From Selaginella moellendorffii (lineage: Eukaryota > Plantae > Lycopodiophyta), in assembly GCF_000143415.4 (NCBI RefSeq), contig NW_003314335.1:650113-714112 (forward strand): a stretch of 64,000 nucleotides of DNA. Reading direction: 5' to 3'. The stretch's first letter is position 1. Each line of letters begins with the position of its first letter. The notes under the pieces are model-generated. The model was not told the DNA's origin. It saw only the letters and a program-made list of their open reading frames with translations, and did not search any database. The position numbers and the translations under genes were made by a program. Shown here in pieces: positions 63,665 through 64,000 of the stretch.

Positions 63665-64000
63665 TTAATGAACAACCTGCCATGCTCGATCCACGCCTAG
63701 GTGCTGTAACTTCTTTGCAATAAAATCCTCCTCTTCTTCCTCCTCCTCGCCTCGCCTTCTCTTCAATCCATGGTGTGGCTGCTCGAAAACCATTCTCTTC
63801 GAGTGCTGTTCTTCCTCCAGACTGCGATTATCTGGAACTTGCGACCCGGAATGCTTGACGACCCATGGATGGTTCTCAACTTCATGGATAGGCAGCCTCC
63901 TTCTTGGGTCCAAGTGGAGCAACTGGAGAATGAGATCCCTGGCTCCATCGCTCACGTCCGTCCAGTCCAAAGAACTCACCGCCAAATCCTCCCAATGACT
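63665..64000 (-). CDS. Ser/Thr protein kinase C-terminal part (CAMK/Aurora-like subdomains X-XI); continues beyond the window end
   Basis: WTDVSDGARDLILQLLHLDPRRRLPIHEVENHPWV. Confidence 0.75.
   Translation of the reverse strand, partial: SHWEDLAVSSLDWTDVSDGARDLILQLLHLDPRRRLPIHEVENHPWVVKHSGSQVPDNRSLEEEQHSKRMVFEQPHHGLKRRRGEEEEEEEDFIAKKLQHLGVDRAWQVVH

Overview
Eukaryotic, gene-dense plant genomic DNA. Very short introns (mostly about 50-80 nt), PLS-class PPR genes and an animal-type BK/Slo potassium channel suggest a lycophyte such as Selaginella (inference). About 20 protein-coding genes can be read: kinesin-7 (partial), an intronless CYP59-like cyclophilin-RRM, two PLS-E PPR genes, an uncharacterised secreted protein with permuted NlpC/P60-like motifs, NOP56, two tandem polyamine oxidases, SCO1, a BK channel, glyoxalase I, COX15, TTM, an importin-beta, a B-lectin ORF, a myosin-TH1-domain AGC kinase (interrupted by a 742-nt N gap), an LBD factor, PIG-A, an AITR/DIG-like gene, PIG-S and a partial kinase. 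Two accessory regions stand out. (1) About 20.15-23.71 kb is bounded by long inverted repeats and holds decayed fragments of unrelated genes (PurN, BAHD, possibly a dual-specificity phosphatase), as in a Pack-type transposon. (2) About 42.7-53.8 kb is an AT-rich, CpG-depleted island with Ty3/Gypsy remnants, TRIM-like elements, a foldback element, a hypermutated copy of the neighbouring importin gene, a 5S-rRNA-bearing Cassandra-like solo LTR with a target-site duplication, and one intact AT-rich lectin ORF. All homology calls come from motif recognition by eye; no database searches were run, and exon boundaries are manual estimates.
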